Positions 27,130-39,328 of a stretch of 64,000 bases of DNA are shown here, one piece after another. The DNA comes from Adineta vaga. Taxonomy: Eukaryota > Animalia > Rotifera. The DNA is taken from positions 15,190,001 through 15,254,000 of the forward strand of contig CP075492.1 in assembly GCA_021613535.1 (NCBI GenBank). The letters are read 5' to 3'. Positions within the stretch are counted from its first letter, which is position 1. Every line of letters begins with the position of its first letter. Position numbers and translations under genes: made by a program. Under the pieces are notes generated by a model. The model searched no databases. It saw only the letters and a program-made list of their open reading frames with translations, and had not been told where the DNA came from.

Positions 27130-28338
27130 ATGTTATTCTTTAATTATCAACTAATTTTCATTTTAATCACTTTACTAACAAAATATACTTTTCCTATGGA
27201 TTATTCAAATAACGTCGTGTTTATGAATGTGTTTTCGAAACGAAATTTTCTATTGAGAAAAACTAGCATCAATCAAAATCAAGTATTCGTATTTGGTCAT
27301 ATCAATCCTGACACAGATGCGATTACAAGTGCATTAGTATTGGCAGATTATCTACTTCGTAAGAAAATTAATGCTAAAGCTTATCGTCTTGGTGCTCTCA
27401 ATACTGAAACAAAGTTGGTAATTAAAAAAGCGGGTATTCAAGCACCTGAAATGCTACCTAGTAATTTACCTGAAGGTACTCAAGTTGCTTTAGTTGATCA
27501 TAATGAAAGTAAGTGAACTGATTTATTATTGTTAATCATCAATTATTCTTTAGGTCAACAATCGATGATAAATTTGAAAAATATGAGTATAAAATATGTT
27601 ATTGATCATCATAGATTAGGCGACTTAACAACTTTAGTACCCATCTATCTTCGTTTTGAACCAGTAGGATCTACCGGAACAATATTAACAAAATTATATC
27701 GTGAAAATAAAATGCGTATTCACAAAAACATAGCAATACTTCTTGTTAGTGCTATTCTTAGTGATACACTTTCTTTTCGGTAAGAAACTATCGAAGGTCT
27801 TTTTTTTGCATCTCGATAAAAGACCGAAAAAACCAAATAATCATCTTTGTTTCTTAGATCAGCAACGACAACAAATGAGGATCGTTCGATGGTCAAATAT
27901 CTTTTACCTATAGCAAAAATCGTCAATATTACATCGTATGCAAATGAAATGTTTGCTGCTAAAAGTGATTTGACTAATTATTCAATCGAAGAAATTCTTC
28001 TTTTGGATTTTAAAACTTTTATATTCAATGATCAAATATGGGGCATAGGTGTAGCAGAAACATTCTATCCGGATTATATACTTAAGCGTAAAGATGAATT
28101 ACTTCAAGCAATGATGAATGAAAAGAGAAAAAGTCAATTAACTGGGATTCTTTTTGCCATTATTGATATTACTAAAGTACGAAATCTCATGATCATTCTG
28201 GATGAGTTAGAAAGTATGGTCGTTCAAAAAGCATTTAATGTCAATGTTGAAGATGGAATTGCTGATTTAGGTTCAAGAATCAGTCGAAAGAAAGATATTG
28301 TTCCTGCACTAGAACATTATTTCCAACTCTACAATTAG
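27130..28338 (+). CDS. ppaC: Family II Mn-dependent inorganic pyrophosphatase (DHH/DHHA2), bacterial type, 3 exons, possible signal peptide
   Basis: FGHINPDTDAI, LVDHNE.QQS, IDHH, RFEPVGSTGTI, SAILSDTL.FRS.TTT, DFKTF and SRKK. Introns at 27509-27553 and 27780-27857 join in frame. Confidence 0.9.
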
Positions 28339-28715
28339 TTTCTTTAATTCGAATTTGAAAATGTACTCGAATGGAATCGTTGATTTTCTTTTCCATTTAA
28401 TTCTCCACCAAGATGCTTTGAAAATAAAACCGATTCTAATAAATAAACGCTATGATTGAGAGATAGGAGAAATGAAATATTCGTATGTACATGACGTCCA
28501 CCGTTGCAGAATAGCATTAAAATGAAAATCGAAATAAAATGATAAACACATGATGTTATCTAGAAGAAAACAAATTCATTGCGTCAGACAGAAAAAAAGT
28601 GATGTAATTACATGTTATTTACGAAAAACTGCTGCGTTTTTTTTTACAACGTGAGTAAATATCAAATTGTCAGACGCTGTTGTTTCGAACGTTTTAGACT
28701 TTTCTATGTTAACAA

Positions 28716-29570
28716 ATGTCTGAAACTTTCATATACACCATCGAATTACCACCTGAAATTTGGTCAAAAATCATCCTTCTCGCAAAACCATCATACAAGC
28801 AGCTGATACAATTATCCGTTGTCTCACAGACTTTTCGTCGTTTGATTTTAAATGAATGGTTCCTTAAGAAGTGTTTCTCTCGATATCCAAAACTTGAACA
28901 GGATCTCATTTTGCACATAGACTTTACTAATGTCACCAAAACTCTTATAAATCCCTTAATCAATTCAGTTCATGGTACTATTGGTCTTCATGACGCTCTT
29001 TCTGAAAATAATGAAGATATTAGCATTGAAAACAATGAATTATTTGATCGAGTATTAATACTGAATGCTGTCGAACCAACATGGCTTTTTAATGTCTTTA
29101 CGTTGAATAAAGTTGTCTCGAACTCATTTTCAATATTATTATGGTTTTTGTGTTCATCCGAAGGAAAGCTCGTTCTTCACTTCTCGCATAGATACTCTTG
29201 GTGGTGCATTCAAATAGAAATCGATGTTGAAAAGCAAATGAAAATCAAAATATTCTATGGGACGAAAACATGGACAGTTGATGCTGGTAAACGAGACAAA
29301 GACATCTGGCAACATCTGGCAATCACTCGGTTTAAAGCTTCACTTAACTTCTATGTGAACGGTCAGAAGATCAAAAAAATAGAACTGGATAAATCGACCA
29401 ACACACAATTTGATACATTTAGAATAGCTAGCTACTTTTCAAATGGCAGTGCACTAGCAGATATTGCTGTATGGAGTAGAAGACTGTTGCCAGAGATTAA
29501 ATCGATTTATCAACAAAAGACATCGATTAGACAAGCAGATTTTATTGGGGGACTACTGTCCGGTTTGTAA
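28716..29570 (+). CDS. F-box plus LamG/concanavalin-A-like domain protein, intronless
   Basis: ELPPEIWSKII...LSVVSQTFRRLI (F-box) and WQHLAIT...FYVNG...LADIAVWSRRL (LamG). Confidence 0.75.
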   Translation: MSETFIYTIELPPEIWSKIILLAKPSYKQLIQLSVVSQTFRRLILNEWFLKKCFSRYPKLEQDLILHIDFTNVTKTLINPLINSVHGTIGLHDALSENNEDISIENNELFDRVLILNAVEPTWLFNVFTLNKVVSNSFSILLWFLCSSEGKLVLHFSHRYSWWCIQIEIDVEKQMKIKIFYGTKTWTVDAGKRDKDIWQHLAITRFKASLNFYVNGQKIKKIELDKSTNTQFDTFRIASYFSNGSALADIAVWSRRLLPEIKSIYQQKTSIRQADFIGGLLSGL

Positions 29571-29719
29571 AATGATTCTATACCTTGGTTGTCTTAGATC
29601 TATTTTTCACTCTGTCTCTAAATATAACTTGCATCTTTAAAATTTATTGCATTGATCCTTTCATTATTGTGATATACTGCATGTAATATCCATTTTATTG
29701 CTTAACTTAACGGAATGTC

Positions 29720-30070
29720 TTCATTTCTTAATCTATATCAGCGTTTTCGAGTGAAACTACTTGGAAATGGCCATCAAATGATATTTTAGGCCAAAGAATA
29801 TTTGCTACCGGCATGGTTCTAACGTCTATTGTTACGCGTGATTTCAATCATGGTAATAACTCTAGATTTTCCCATTGCTAATTTTAATGAAGATGCCTTA
29901 AATGTAATTTATGGAAATGAAATAGATCATTTGATTGTACTCAGAAAACTTTCAACAGAACGTGTTCAAATTACAATAACAACTGGTAATTTTAATATAG
30001 ATGTTGGTCTCGATCTTGATATTGCTATAGTTATTGGAATAGTACTATAAATATTTTTGTTGGTACTTGC
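29720..30070 (+). pseudogene. FG-GAP/VCBS repeat remnant
   Basis: Fragments LLGNG, DFNHGNNSRF / LDFPIANF, and ITTGNFNID..LDIAIV, with frameshifts. Confidence 0.45.
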
Positions 30071-30565
30071 CAGTGATTATTACTGTAGGACAAACTCTTC
30101 TTCATACATACTCTCTGATTTTATATATCCAAAATAAAAATGTCTTCTTTTTCGATGATTTAATTTTTTAGCGATATTTATGACTTGTTATATAAGTTGT
30201 GGGTGTAAATATTGACTATATTTCTAGTTATACAGTATATGGTTGTTGATACAGTAATTGAAGTAAAGAGTTAACTTTCCTGTAATAATAAATAATTAAA
30301 CTTTCTGTTTTAATTATTGTTGTTATTTAATAGATGTTTCATTGTATGCAACAGAAAGTTGAGAAAAAAATTATAAGTGCGACATCTATCGTTTCATCAT
30401 TCATGAATTATATCCCTTTATATTACTTCCGATATGGCATGAGTCACTACCGTTATGACTCAAACGACAGATAGTTGGTAATTTCGGTGGTATAACTTTT
30501 CTTGAAGCTAATTCTTTTAGAAGTTTTCAAGTGGTATGAGCAACTAAAATTATAGGTAAAAACAC

Positions 30566-33422
30566 ATGCTACGGTTAATTTGGATTGCTAGTTGTAATTC
30601 AGCTACAGATCGTTCATCGACAGTCGACATAATAGAGATACAAAAGCGGTTGCAAGATGAAATTCAGCTTCCTCTTAGTTTCGACGATACACTTGATTGT
30701 TCGGTTACACTTCGGAGTTCCTTAACAAACACAGAGAAAAACATACTGATTATGCATATTGATCTCGTTCACGATATACTTCCTGAAGTTCATCACTTAT
30801 GCCATGTGATCTGTATTTTTGTCTACTTTAACGATTTAGAAAACGATCATAGTGAACAACGAATCACATACTGCGCAAATGAATATAAAAAAGTAAGTAT
30901 ATGAGTGACCATGGTTAAGTGTTATCAATCAGATAGACAATGTATAATACGCTTACAATAGAAAGTGCAAACGTTATTTCAACAATGAAATTATTATTGT
31001 TTAGCAGTAAAGTTGAGTCTGATACTATAGTATAAATATGTTTAGTTTGCCAGAAAACCGAATAGTCTTATTTCTTTTCTTGTTCTTATTTTGTTAACTT
31101 ATTTAAATTGTTCATCACCTTGGAAGACTAGCTTTTGGAAGACGAAAATAAGAATTATCATAGTTACTCGAGAGAATCTCACTATAAAGATATGAGTTTA
31201 TTTTACACTCACAAACTAATCCTACATCTATATTCTCACAGTTTGTTTTTTTCTGACAACTTTGGTTTACTTGATCCGATAAGTTTACTTATAACACTTA
31301 TTTATAGGTTATCATTGTCAACCAAAATAATTTAGTGGAACGTCTTAAAACATTTAATCGACGTTGGCATCAAAATTCTCAAGATTCATTTTCCTTATGT
31401 ATATCACATAGTGAAGAAGTAGATCACTCGGCTACAACAATCAATGGTGGTTTTGTTTTTTCTCAATTACTATTACATAGTCTCCTTCGAATGAAACCTT
31501 TGCCACATGACCGAGAGGAGTTTTGTACTCAATGCATGAAAATTTTTCAGAAAAACTATGAGCTCGAAAAGAATGAACTCAGATTTAAAACAATGCTGGA
31601 AGAGTTACGCAAATTTCAAGAGGATATTTACACGGATGATACTGTTTTAAGATGGTATACCATGGATTCTTTTCTTTATCGAATTATTAATGAAAGTTTA
31701 CGGGCTGATGATGTAGGAATATTATTTCACAGTCGTTTTGTTATCAGAGAATTGAATGAACAACTTATTAAGCGACAGTATAAATCACCGATTCGTGTCT
31801 ATAGAGGACAACGCATCTCAAATGATGAGGCTGAATTATTAGCAAAATCGATCGGACAACTCGTTAGTATGAAATCATTTTTGTCGACTAGTCTCGATCG
31901 AGGAATAGCAGAAATGTATGCTAATGTCGAAAACCAGACTACTAGCGAAGACGTAGCTTTTGTTATATTTATTATCGATGCGACTCCAAGTGAAAATAAT
32001 AGCGAATTTCGGCCCTTCGCGAATATTACTGATATTAGCCATTTTGGGACAAAAGAAAACGAAATACTTTTTATGTTAGGCTCAGTCTTCCGTATAACAA
32101 ATGTTGAACGCGATCTTAATCATCGATGGATTGTATCAATGACTGCTTGCGATCAAGAAGATATCGAATTAAATAGACTTTTTTCTGTTTTTGGAGATGG
32201 AGCAAAGATTAATGGATTAGATGATGATACATTTCACAATTTCGGAGTATTACTCATAGGCATGGGTATGCCTTATGAAGCAGAAAAGCTTTATCGTCAC
32301 ATGTTGGACGAATATAAATTGTTTCCACCAAACGATATTGTACTTGCGAGATGTTATTATATGTTAGGTAAAGCCGCGTTTGTTGCTGAACTAGCAGAAA
32401 GTACGAATTCTTGGTGGGAAAAACCAGCAAACTCTGAACAGTCATCTGATGATTATCATCTAAGAAGCGAACAAAGTAAGAAGATTCTTAGTGGACTTCA
32501 ATGGGCCAAATCAAAATTTTTCCCCCGTTCGAGAGAAACATCTGCAGAATCTTTTTCGAATCAATTCCGTCAAGACTCCCGTTTTCACAATGCTACAAAG
32601 CGTTTTGAACAAGCATTATTCTATATCAATAAAGCTTTACCATTTGATTATTTTTTAGCTGCTAATATATATCATTCCTTTGCAAATGTCTGTCGAGCTC
32701 TACGTGATTACAAAAATGCCTTACGAAATTATGAACAAGCACTTTCACACTGTAAAACATATTTTGGAGAAGAACATCGTTTGATAGCGGAAATATACAC
32801 TGATCTCGGTCGAATGTATTATGAAAAAAAACAATTGAATCAAGCTCTTGATTATTATACACGTGGTCTCACTGTAGCACAAAAAGTTTTACCTTCTACG
32901 CATCCAGAGATGGGAGTATTTCATACTGATATCGCTGTAATTTATTCTGAATTAGGAAAAATTGAAGAAGCGCAATTTCATTTTGAATCCATTGCCAGTA
33001 TAGACTTAATCTCATGTCAAAATACAAATTCACCACTCTCATCATATTACGAAGCCTTATATATATTCTACTCACACAAAAATACCATTCATCGCACGCC
33101 GATGACTCAAGTACCAAGTACGAAGCAGAATTCTTCTCAAAGAACTGGAATTATCTTTTATCGTTGTCCATGGTGTTATAGTTATGTTTGGATTTATAAA
33201 GCATTCTTCTTTTGCAAAGGATCTCCGTGTTTTCGATGTCTAAAACAATTGTTTACATTGCGACCACCTCTGATGAATCCAAGAGTCATGCAATACATAA
33301 AGTATCTTCATCATTATAATCGGTTTATGGAAGAGAAAGATCTTGATTATTTGCTCTCACGTGAATTACGACAGCAGTATCTACAATTGTCATCTGATAA
33401 GAATTCGTCTCTATCAAAATAA
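30566..33422 (+). CDS. NAD+:arginine ADP-ribosyltransferase (R-S-E class) plus TPR repeat protein, 2 exons, about 813 aa
   Basis: WYTMDSFLYRIINESLR, VYRGQ, FLSTS and ENEIL motifs; TPRs (ALRNYEQAL...HRLIAEIYTDLG). Phase-0 intron at 30893-31307. Confidence 0.9.
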
Positions 33423-34001
33423 CCTAGAGTTTTTATTTTCTACTTCTTCTGTACTTATTTCTTGGTAGTAGATTCTGAGTAGAAAGACGTGAAAGCTACT
33501 CAAATTCACATAAAAAATATTGACAAATTTTTTTTTCTAAAAGTAAAAGATCTTATATTCTATTATAGTCTCTACGATACCAGTTTCGCATCTCCTATAT
33601 TCAATTATCAAATGCAGCAAATTATATGAAAATGGAAAATGTTGTGATATACATCGATTTATTCTATTCAGTTAAAACAAAATATAAGTCACTATGAGTA
33701 CAATCCAATGCACTTTTTCATTTAAAAAGAATGGAATGAAGAAAAAAAATGTTTTTCTATATCGTCGACAACCGTTATTTTTCTCTTTCGGAAAACATTG
33801 CTGTATATGACGACCTATTGTTTCTTTCCGAGTGACGTTACTCACTATTTCCAGTGATTTACCAGAGAAGTATATGATGTGTGTGTTCATTATGCGACTC
33901 GTTCTCCTCTAGGTTGATAAGGACAGAAAGAAAAATAACTGTCACTATCAGAAGAAACAATTAATAGTCGTCGTAGATACATTTTTTTATTCTGAAATAT
34001 T

Positions 34002-34645
34002 ATGGGTTGTTCAAATTCAAAAACAGTTGATAGTCTAAATTCACCTGATTTAGGTATTGGAAGTCTTAAGGAAAGTTTATTTGAAAGACTTTTTAATACT
34101 GAAACAATCAAAGAATTAAGTAAAAATGCATTTGTAAGGTGAGTTACATTATAATTTTGTTTTTGTAAATTATAATTTCAATTGTATTTCATGTTCGTTT
34201 TAGCGTTCTCAATAAATATCCAGAAGCGAAGAAAATTTTCAATGTTCCGGAAACTACAAAAACTAACAGCGAATTACTTGGTACAAAAGAAGTACAAGTG
34301 GCTAGTGATAAGCTTTTAAATCACTATATTGATATTATAAAAACTACGGATAGTAATGTTGATTCAACAGTACAGAAAAAAGCTGAAGAGCTCAACAAAC
34401 TCGGCGTCAAAGCAGAATATATAAAAGTATTCTTCTTCGCCGGAAATTTTTAGGTGATAATTAAGATTGAAAATGAATTTTTTTTTCTCGTGTAGTGTTA
34501 TGGTGAGAATCTTGCTCAAAATGCTGTTAAAGATCTCGGCGACCAATTGAGTTTAACTGAAGAAAAAACTTTGAAAACAGTTACCAATGAGATTACAAAT
34601 CAACTGACAACTGAAATGGCCAAATTACCTGAATCATCATCGTAG
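34002..34645 (+). CDS. Globin-fold protein A, MGC N-terminus, lacking His E7 and F8; exons 34002-34138, 34204-34426, 34496-34645
   Basis: Spliced ORF MGCSNSK...AFV|SVLNKYPEAKKIF...EVQVASDKLLNHY...KKAEELNKLGVKAEYIK|CYGENL...EEKTLKTV. Intron phases are 2 and 0; the middle exon is 223 nt. Confidence 0.8.
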
Positions 34646-35132
34646 TTCGGAACATAAAATGTCTATAAAGAGATATGTTCAATATCTTGTTTATAATAAA
34701 AATCACCTTTAAACAAAATAAAAGTATATTCATTTCTCTGTTGTTACAATGTTAGGATTCCAATTATATTATATTGATTATTCTTCTCTGTTTTGCGTCT
34801 TAAATAAAAAGGGTACATTTGCATGATTCTAAAAACAATTGAAATTGTAAATGAAGAAAAATGTGTACAAACAATTCTTTCCCCGTTGTCAACCATTGCA
34901 TATTGAATCATCTTGTTTCTTTTCAAACAACGACGCTCACATTCTAAAGTGATTTATGAAAGATGTATGCCGTCTATTTACTATTACTCGGTCATTTTTT
35001 CTCGAATTTCTCTTTATGCTCTTGAAAGCAGAGAAGAGAAAAACAATCAAGAATAAGTTTTATTATTGTGAAAAAGTAGCAGTTGCATACACTGTTTGAT
35101 TGTCGTAGAGAAAAAAAGTCATATTCGTGATC

Positions 35133-35750
35133 ATGGGTTGTTCAGATTCAAAATCGATTAATACTATAAAAGAATCTCAGTCGAATGCTACAACGTTCAA
35201 GGAGAAATTGACAGAAAGACTTCTTAATGCTGATTTAGTTAAAGGAATGAGCAAAAAAGCGTTTGTTAGGTAACTCACCTATTCCTTTCACTCAGCGTGT
35301 AAAATCTAATCTATATACTTCTACTCTTTAGTGTTCTCAATAAGTATCCAGAAGCAAAGAAAGTTTTCAAAGTTCCTGAAACTACGAAGACAGATGCCGA
35401 GTTGGTTGATACAAAAGAAGTACAAGCAGCTAGTGACAAACTTTTAAATCATTATATGGACATTGTCAAAACTTCGGATGATAATCTTGATGCAGCGATG
35501 CGAAAAAAAGCCGATGAATTGAACAAACTTGGTGTCAAAGCAGAATATGTTAAGGTAAGTGCATCAACAACAATCGAAGATATAAATGTTGTGATTTTTT
35601 CTCTCGTAGTGTTATGGTGAAAATCTTGCACAAAATGCGGCAAAAGATACCGACAACAAACTGAGCACAACTGAAGAAAAAGCCTGGAAAGCAGTTATTA
35701 ATGAAATAACAGCTAAACTTACTGCTGCAATGGCTAAAGTAACAAACTGA
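35133..35750 (+). CDS. Globin-fold protein B, tandem paralog, lacking His E7 and F8; exons 35133-35269, 35332-35554, 35610-35750
   Basis: MGCSDSK...AFV|SVLNKYPEAKKVF...EVQAASDKLLNHY...KKADELNKLGVKAEYVK|CYGENL...EEKAWKAVINEI (H8 Trp retained). Confidence 0.85.
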
Positions 35751-37696
35751 TCTTCATCAATCTTAGAATATATAAATTACATTCGATTTTTTTGACGAGA
35801 ATGATTTGAATAGTTCAAATTACATCGATATTTGTATTTTCAATTTCTAATTTTCTAGTGGCCAACATGCACACCTATATCCTTAGATAGAAAAATAATA
35901 AATTATTTGATAAAATAATTGCAAGACAGAAAAACTTTTTTAATCACATAAACTAAAATTAAAAACAACTAAAATAGTCTACTTAATTAAAACTATTTTG
36001 ATAATATAGGTCATAGAGCGTGTATGTCATCAGCTCTACTATTAATATAAAGAAAAATCAATAAGATATTCAACTGTTCAATCGAAAATAATGTCACCAC
36101 TTGGCAATAGTAAATAATATCAATAAACTTGCATTGGGCATCTATTTCATCTTGTTTTTGTCGTTGAATAGCACTTAGCGAAGAAATATTTGTGGACAAC
36201 ATTCTCTGAAATCCTATAGTTTGGTCTTCGTTGATTTTTCGTTGTTAGATACAATCTAAAATCCGATAAAGGAAATTATTAAGGAAAGGTGCTGTAGAAG
36301 ATTTAGTTGTCAAATGATAACTTGAAATAGGCTAATTGACAAGAGAGCCTCTGATGAGGGTGTGGGTGAGGGTGTACATGGTAACATATGACTCAATATT
36401 AGATAAAAGCTGTGTAATGATAGTAAATATCGACATGCCTATTTTCGGCTCTGTTCTGCTCTTGAAAAGTGACTTTTAGTCATACAAACCCTCATGTAGT
36501 ATATGCATCAACGATTTTAATCTAATATGTAGATAAACTTACCATTTTTGAAAAACGTTGATCACAAAATGCATAGATATATGATAAAAGGAAATTTGCT
36601 GATTGATTGATACAAATATAACAGTTATTGATATTCGTAGCAGTATTTGATCTGAATAAAGTTCTCTCGTTGGTTTCGAATCACATTTATCTAATGTAGC
36701 AAATTGTTGCGTCAATGACTTGCGTATAGAAAAAAATTGAAATAAACTGAACATTCTACCATTGATCATCATTTGATCTGCCTTTGAAATCTATTGAAAA
36801 GAAAATGATGGTATAATAAAGTAGCATATTCGATGACATTGAATGTGTGTCATATATTTCCAAAAATAACCAACATCAGATATAGGTATGTACAGTAAAT
36901 TGTAATGAATACTGTTCATTTTTGGTAAATGTATTCAACAGAGTTGTACATTCGAGGTGAGTCAAATGAAAGACTTCGAACATCTTTAGAAAGTCTGAAA
37001 GTGTTGTCAAGTCATCATCATCATCATCTCTATCATTGCTACGATGATGACGTAACGAAAAAAAGTTGTCTTTTTTATTTAGGAAACACAATAATTATCG
37101 GTAGCAGCGTATATATAACAATCAATTCGTTATCTTTGAATGTAGGTCTCTCCGAGAGACTCGTTCATTGGAGAATGCATAGTTGAATCACTAAACTACA
37201 TCCACTAAATTAACTATAGATAAGGTTGATAATATCGTCCTGCATTGAGATGCTTAAACAGATAGTTAATTGTACTTGTCGATACGGGTGTATCATAGGA
37301 ATAAATCTTCAAGATTATTATATCTAACAATATCAGATCAAACGTGTCTAGTTTAATCACAGAGTTCGGTTTCTTTCTTGTTATTATTTAATTGTGGTAA
37401 CAGATGTGCATTAAATCTATGAATCACTCTCTTCTCACCTTTATAGGGAGAAAAAAAAAATTTTCTCCCACATTTTAACTATGTAAGCAGTGTTTTTTTT
37501 CTCGTTGACGGGAGATATTGTCATACATGTGCATGATTCTTTTTCAAATGACTCAAAGAGACGCGCATGTCTTTGCTTTTACGTAAATACTATTGTCAAT
37601 GTTGTTCTTGAATACAGTTATTCACTCAATAACTCATATATATATATATAGGACAAATACATTTTCACACTGCAGAAAAGTTTCTTTTCTTCGATA

Positions 37697-39168
37697 ATGT
37701 CTAGTGAAAAATGTCGTCTTGTATGGGAAGATAATTTCTCCCAAAACGGCCCTGTCGATCGAAACAAATGGGATTTTGACATTGGTACTGGAAACGATGG
37801 ATGGGGTGAGAACTATATTCATCCATCATCTTATATATTCATTTATGAGCTGATATAAAATTTCTTAGGCAATCAAGAAGCACAATTTTACACTGATCGA
37901 ATTCAAAATGTTCGATGTGAAAATCAACGACTGATTATAGAAGCACATCGCGAATATTTCCAAGGTCAACAATTCACATCAGCTCGACTAAAATCAAAAT
38001 GTTCTTGGACTTATGGACGTCTACAAGTACATTTTCTAACCTCGTTTTCTTTTCATTTTCTTTCTTTTTTCTCTAGACAAAAGCAAAACTACCATCTGGT
38101 CGAGGTCTTTGGTCAGCCATTTGGATGGTGAGTATGTCTTCATTCGACCATGTGTTGCTTTATCATACCATAAGTATTTAGCTTCCTCAAATCAAATCCT
38201 ATGGAAATTCATATTGGCCTGATAATGGAGAAATTGATATTATGGAACAAGTGGGTTATGATCCAACTAAAATTGTTTCCAGTGTACATACAGCTGCATT
38301 CAATCACATGAAACATACACAACCTACAAATGGTGTCCATGTTTCTGATGCTTGCACTGATTTCAAAATCTACACTTTGAATTGGACTGCGAATCGACTA
38401 GAAATGTTTGTTGGTCATGATTCTAATCCATTCGAACAAAGAATTCTTGTTTGGGACAAAGGTAATCACGGGTGGGAAGGATGGTAAGATTTGAGAGATT
38501 TTACCAATCTGTTATGTTCATTGATTGATATCTCTGACAGGCCATTTGATAAGAACTTTTTCATCGTTCTGAATATTGCAGTCGGTGGTTCTTGGTAGGT
38601 ATAATCATATGATTCTTTGATAAATGTGAAAACTATGATTATATTGTCTTCTTGTAGGGGAGGACAACATGGTATTGATGAAGACATCTTTCCGAAAAGA
38701 ATGGAAGTTGAATGGATTCGATTTTATGAAATGTCCACTGGAAATAGTGAGATAAGTAGAACGCCTACACCTACTGCCAAAGTTGTTGCACTTCGATCGA
38801 ATGCTAATGGTAACTTCGTTTGTGCTGATAACTTCGGGAACAGTTCTCTGATTGCGAATCGGAAAACTGTTTCCGATTGGGAAAAGTTCGATCTTATTGC
38901 TCTTGGTGGAAAGAATATTGCGCTAAGATCACATGCAAATGGACGATATGTTTGTGCTGAAAATAGTGGAAACGATCCCTTGATTGGTAATCGAACTTTC
39001 GTAGGATCATGGGAAACGTTTCAAATGGTTAATTGTGGTGATGGAAAAGTCGGTTTTATTGCAGTGAATGGAAAGTATGTCTGTGCTGATAATTTTGGAA
39101 ACGGTCCACTTATTGCAAATCGCAACACTTTAGATGGTTGGGAGACATTTGATTTAATACATTACTAA
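37697..39168 (+). CDS. GH16 beta-1,3-glucanase (laminarinase-type) plus fascin-like beta-trefoil domain, 6 exons
   Basis: LVWEDNF, GWGNQEAQFYT, FTSARL, GLWSAIWM, catalytic GEIDIME, and PFDKNFFIVLNIAVGG. C-terminal ALRS.ANG.YVCA repeats with WETF. Confidence 0.9.
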
Positions 39169-39328
39169 TTTACTTATGTGCCTTCATTGATGAAAAATAA
39201 GAATGTAGATGGAAATTAAAAATCTATCTACTTATGCGTTTTCATTTTCCTCTTTCTTCAGATTGCATATTTTAGACTTGTAAAACGTTAGTTCACAATC
39301 GGTGGCATAACTGTTATTATCAATAAAA

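Noticed and set aside
35402-35670. 72-aa ORFs as independent small proteins
   Set aside because: One is exon 2 of globin B read into the intron; the other is its antisense.
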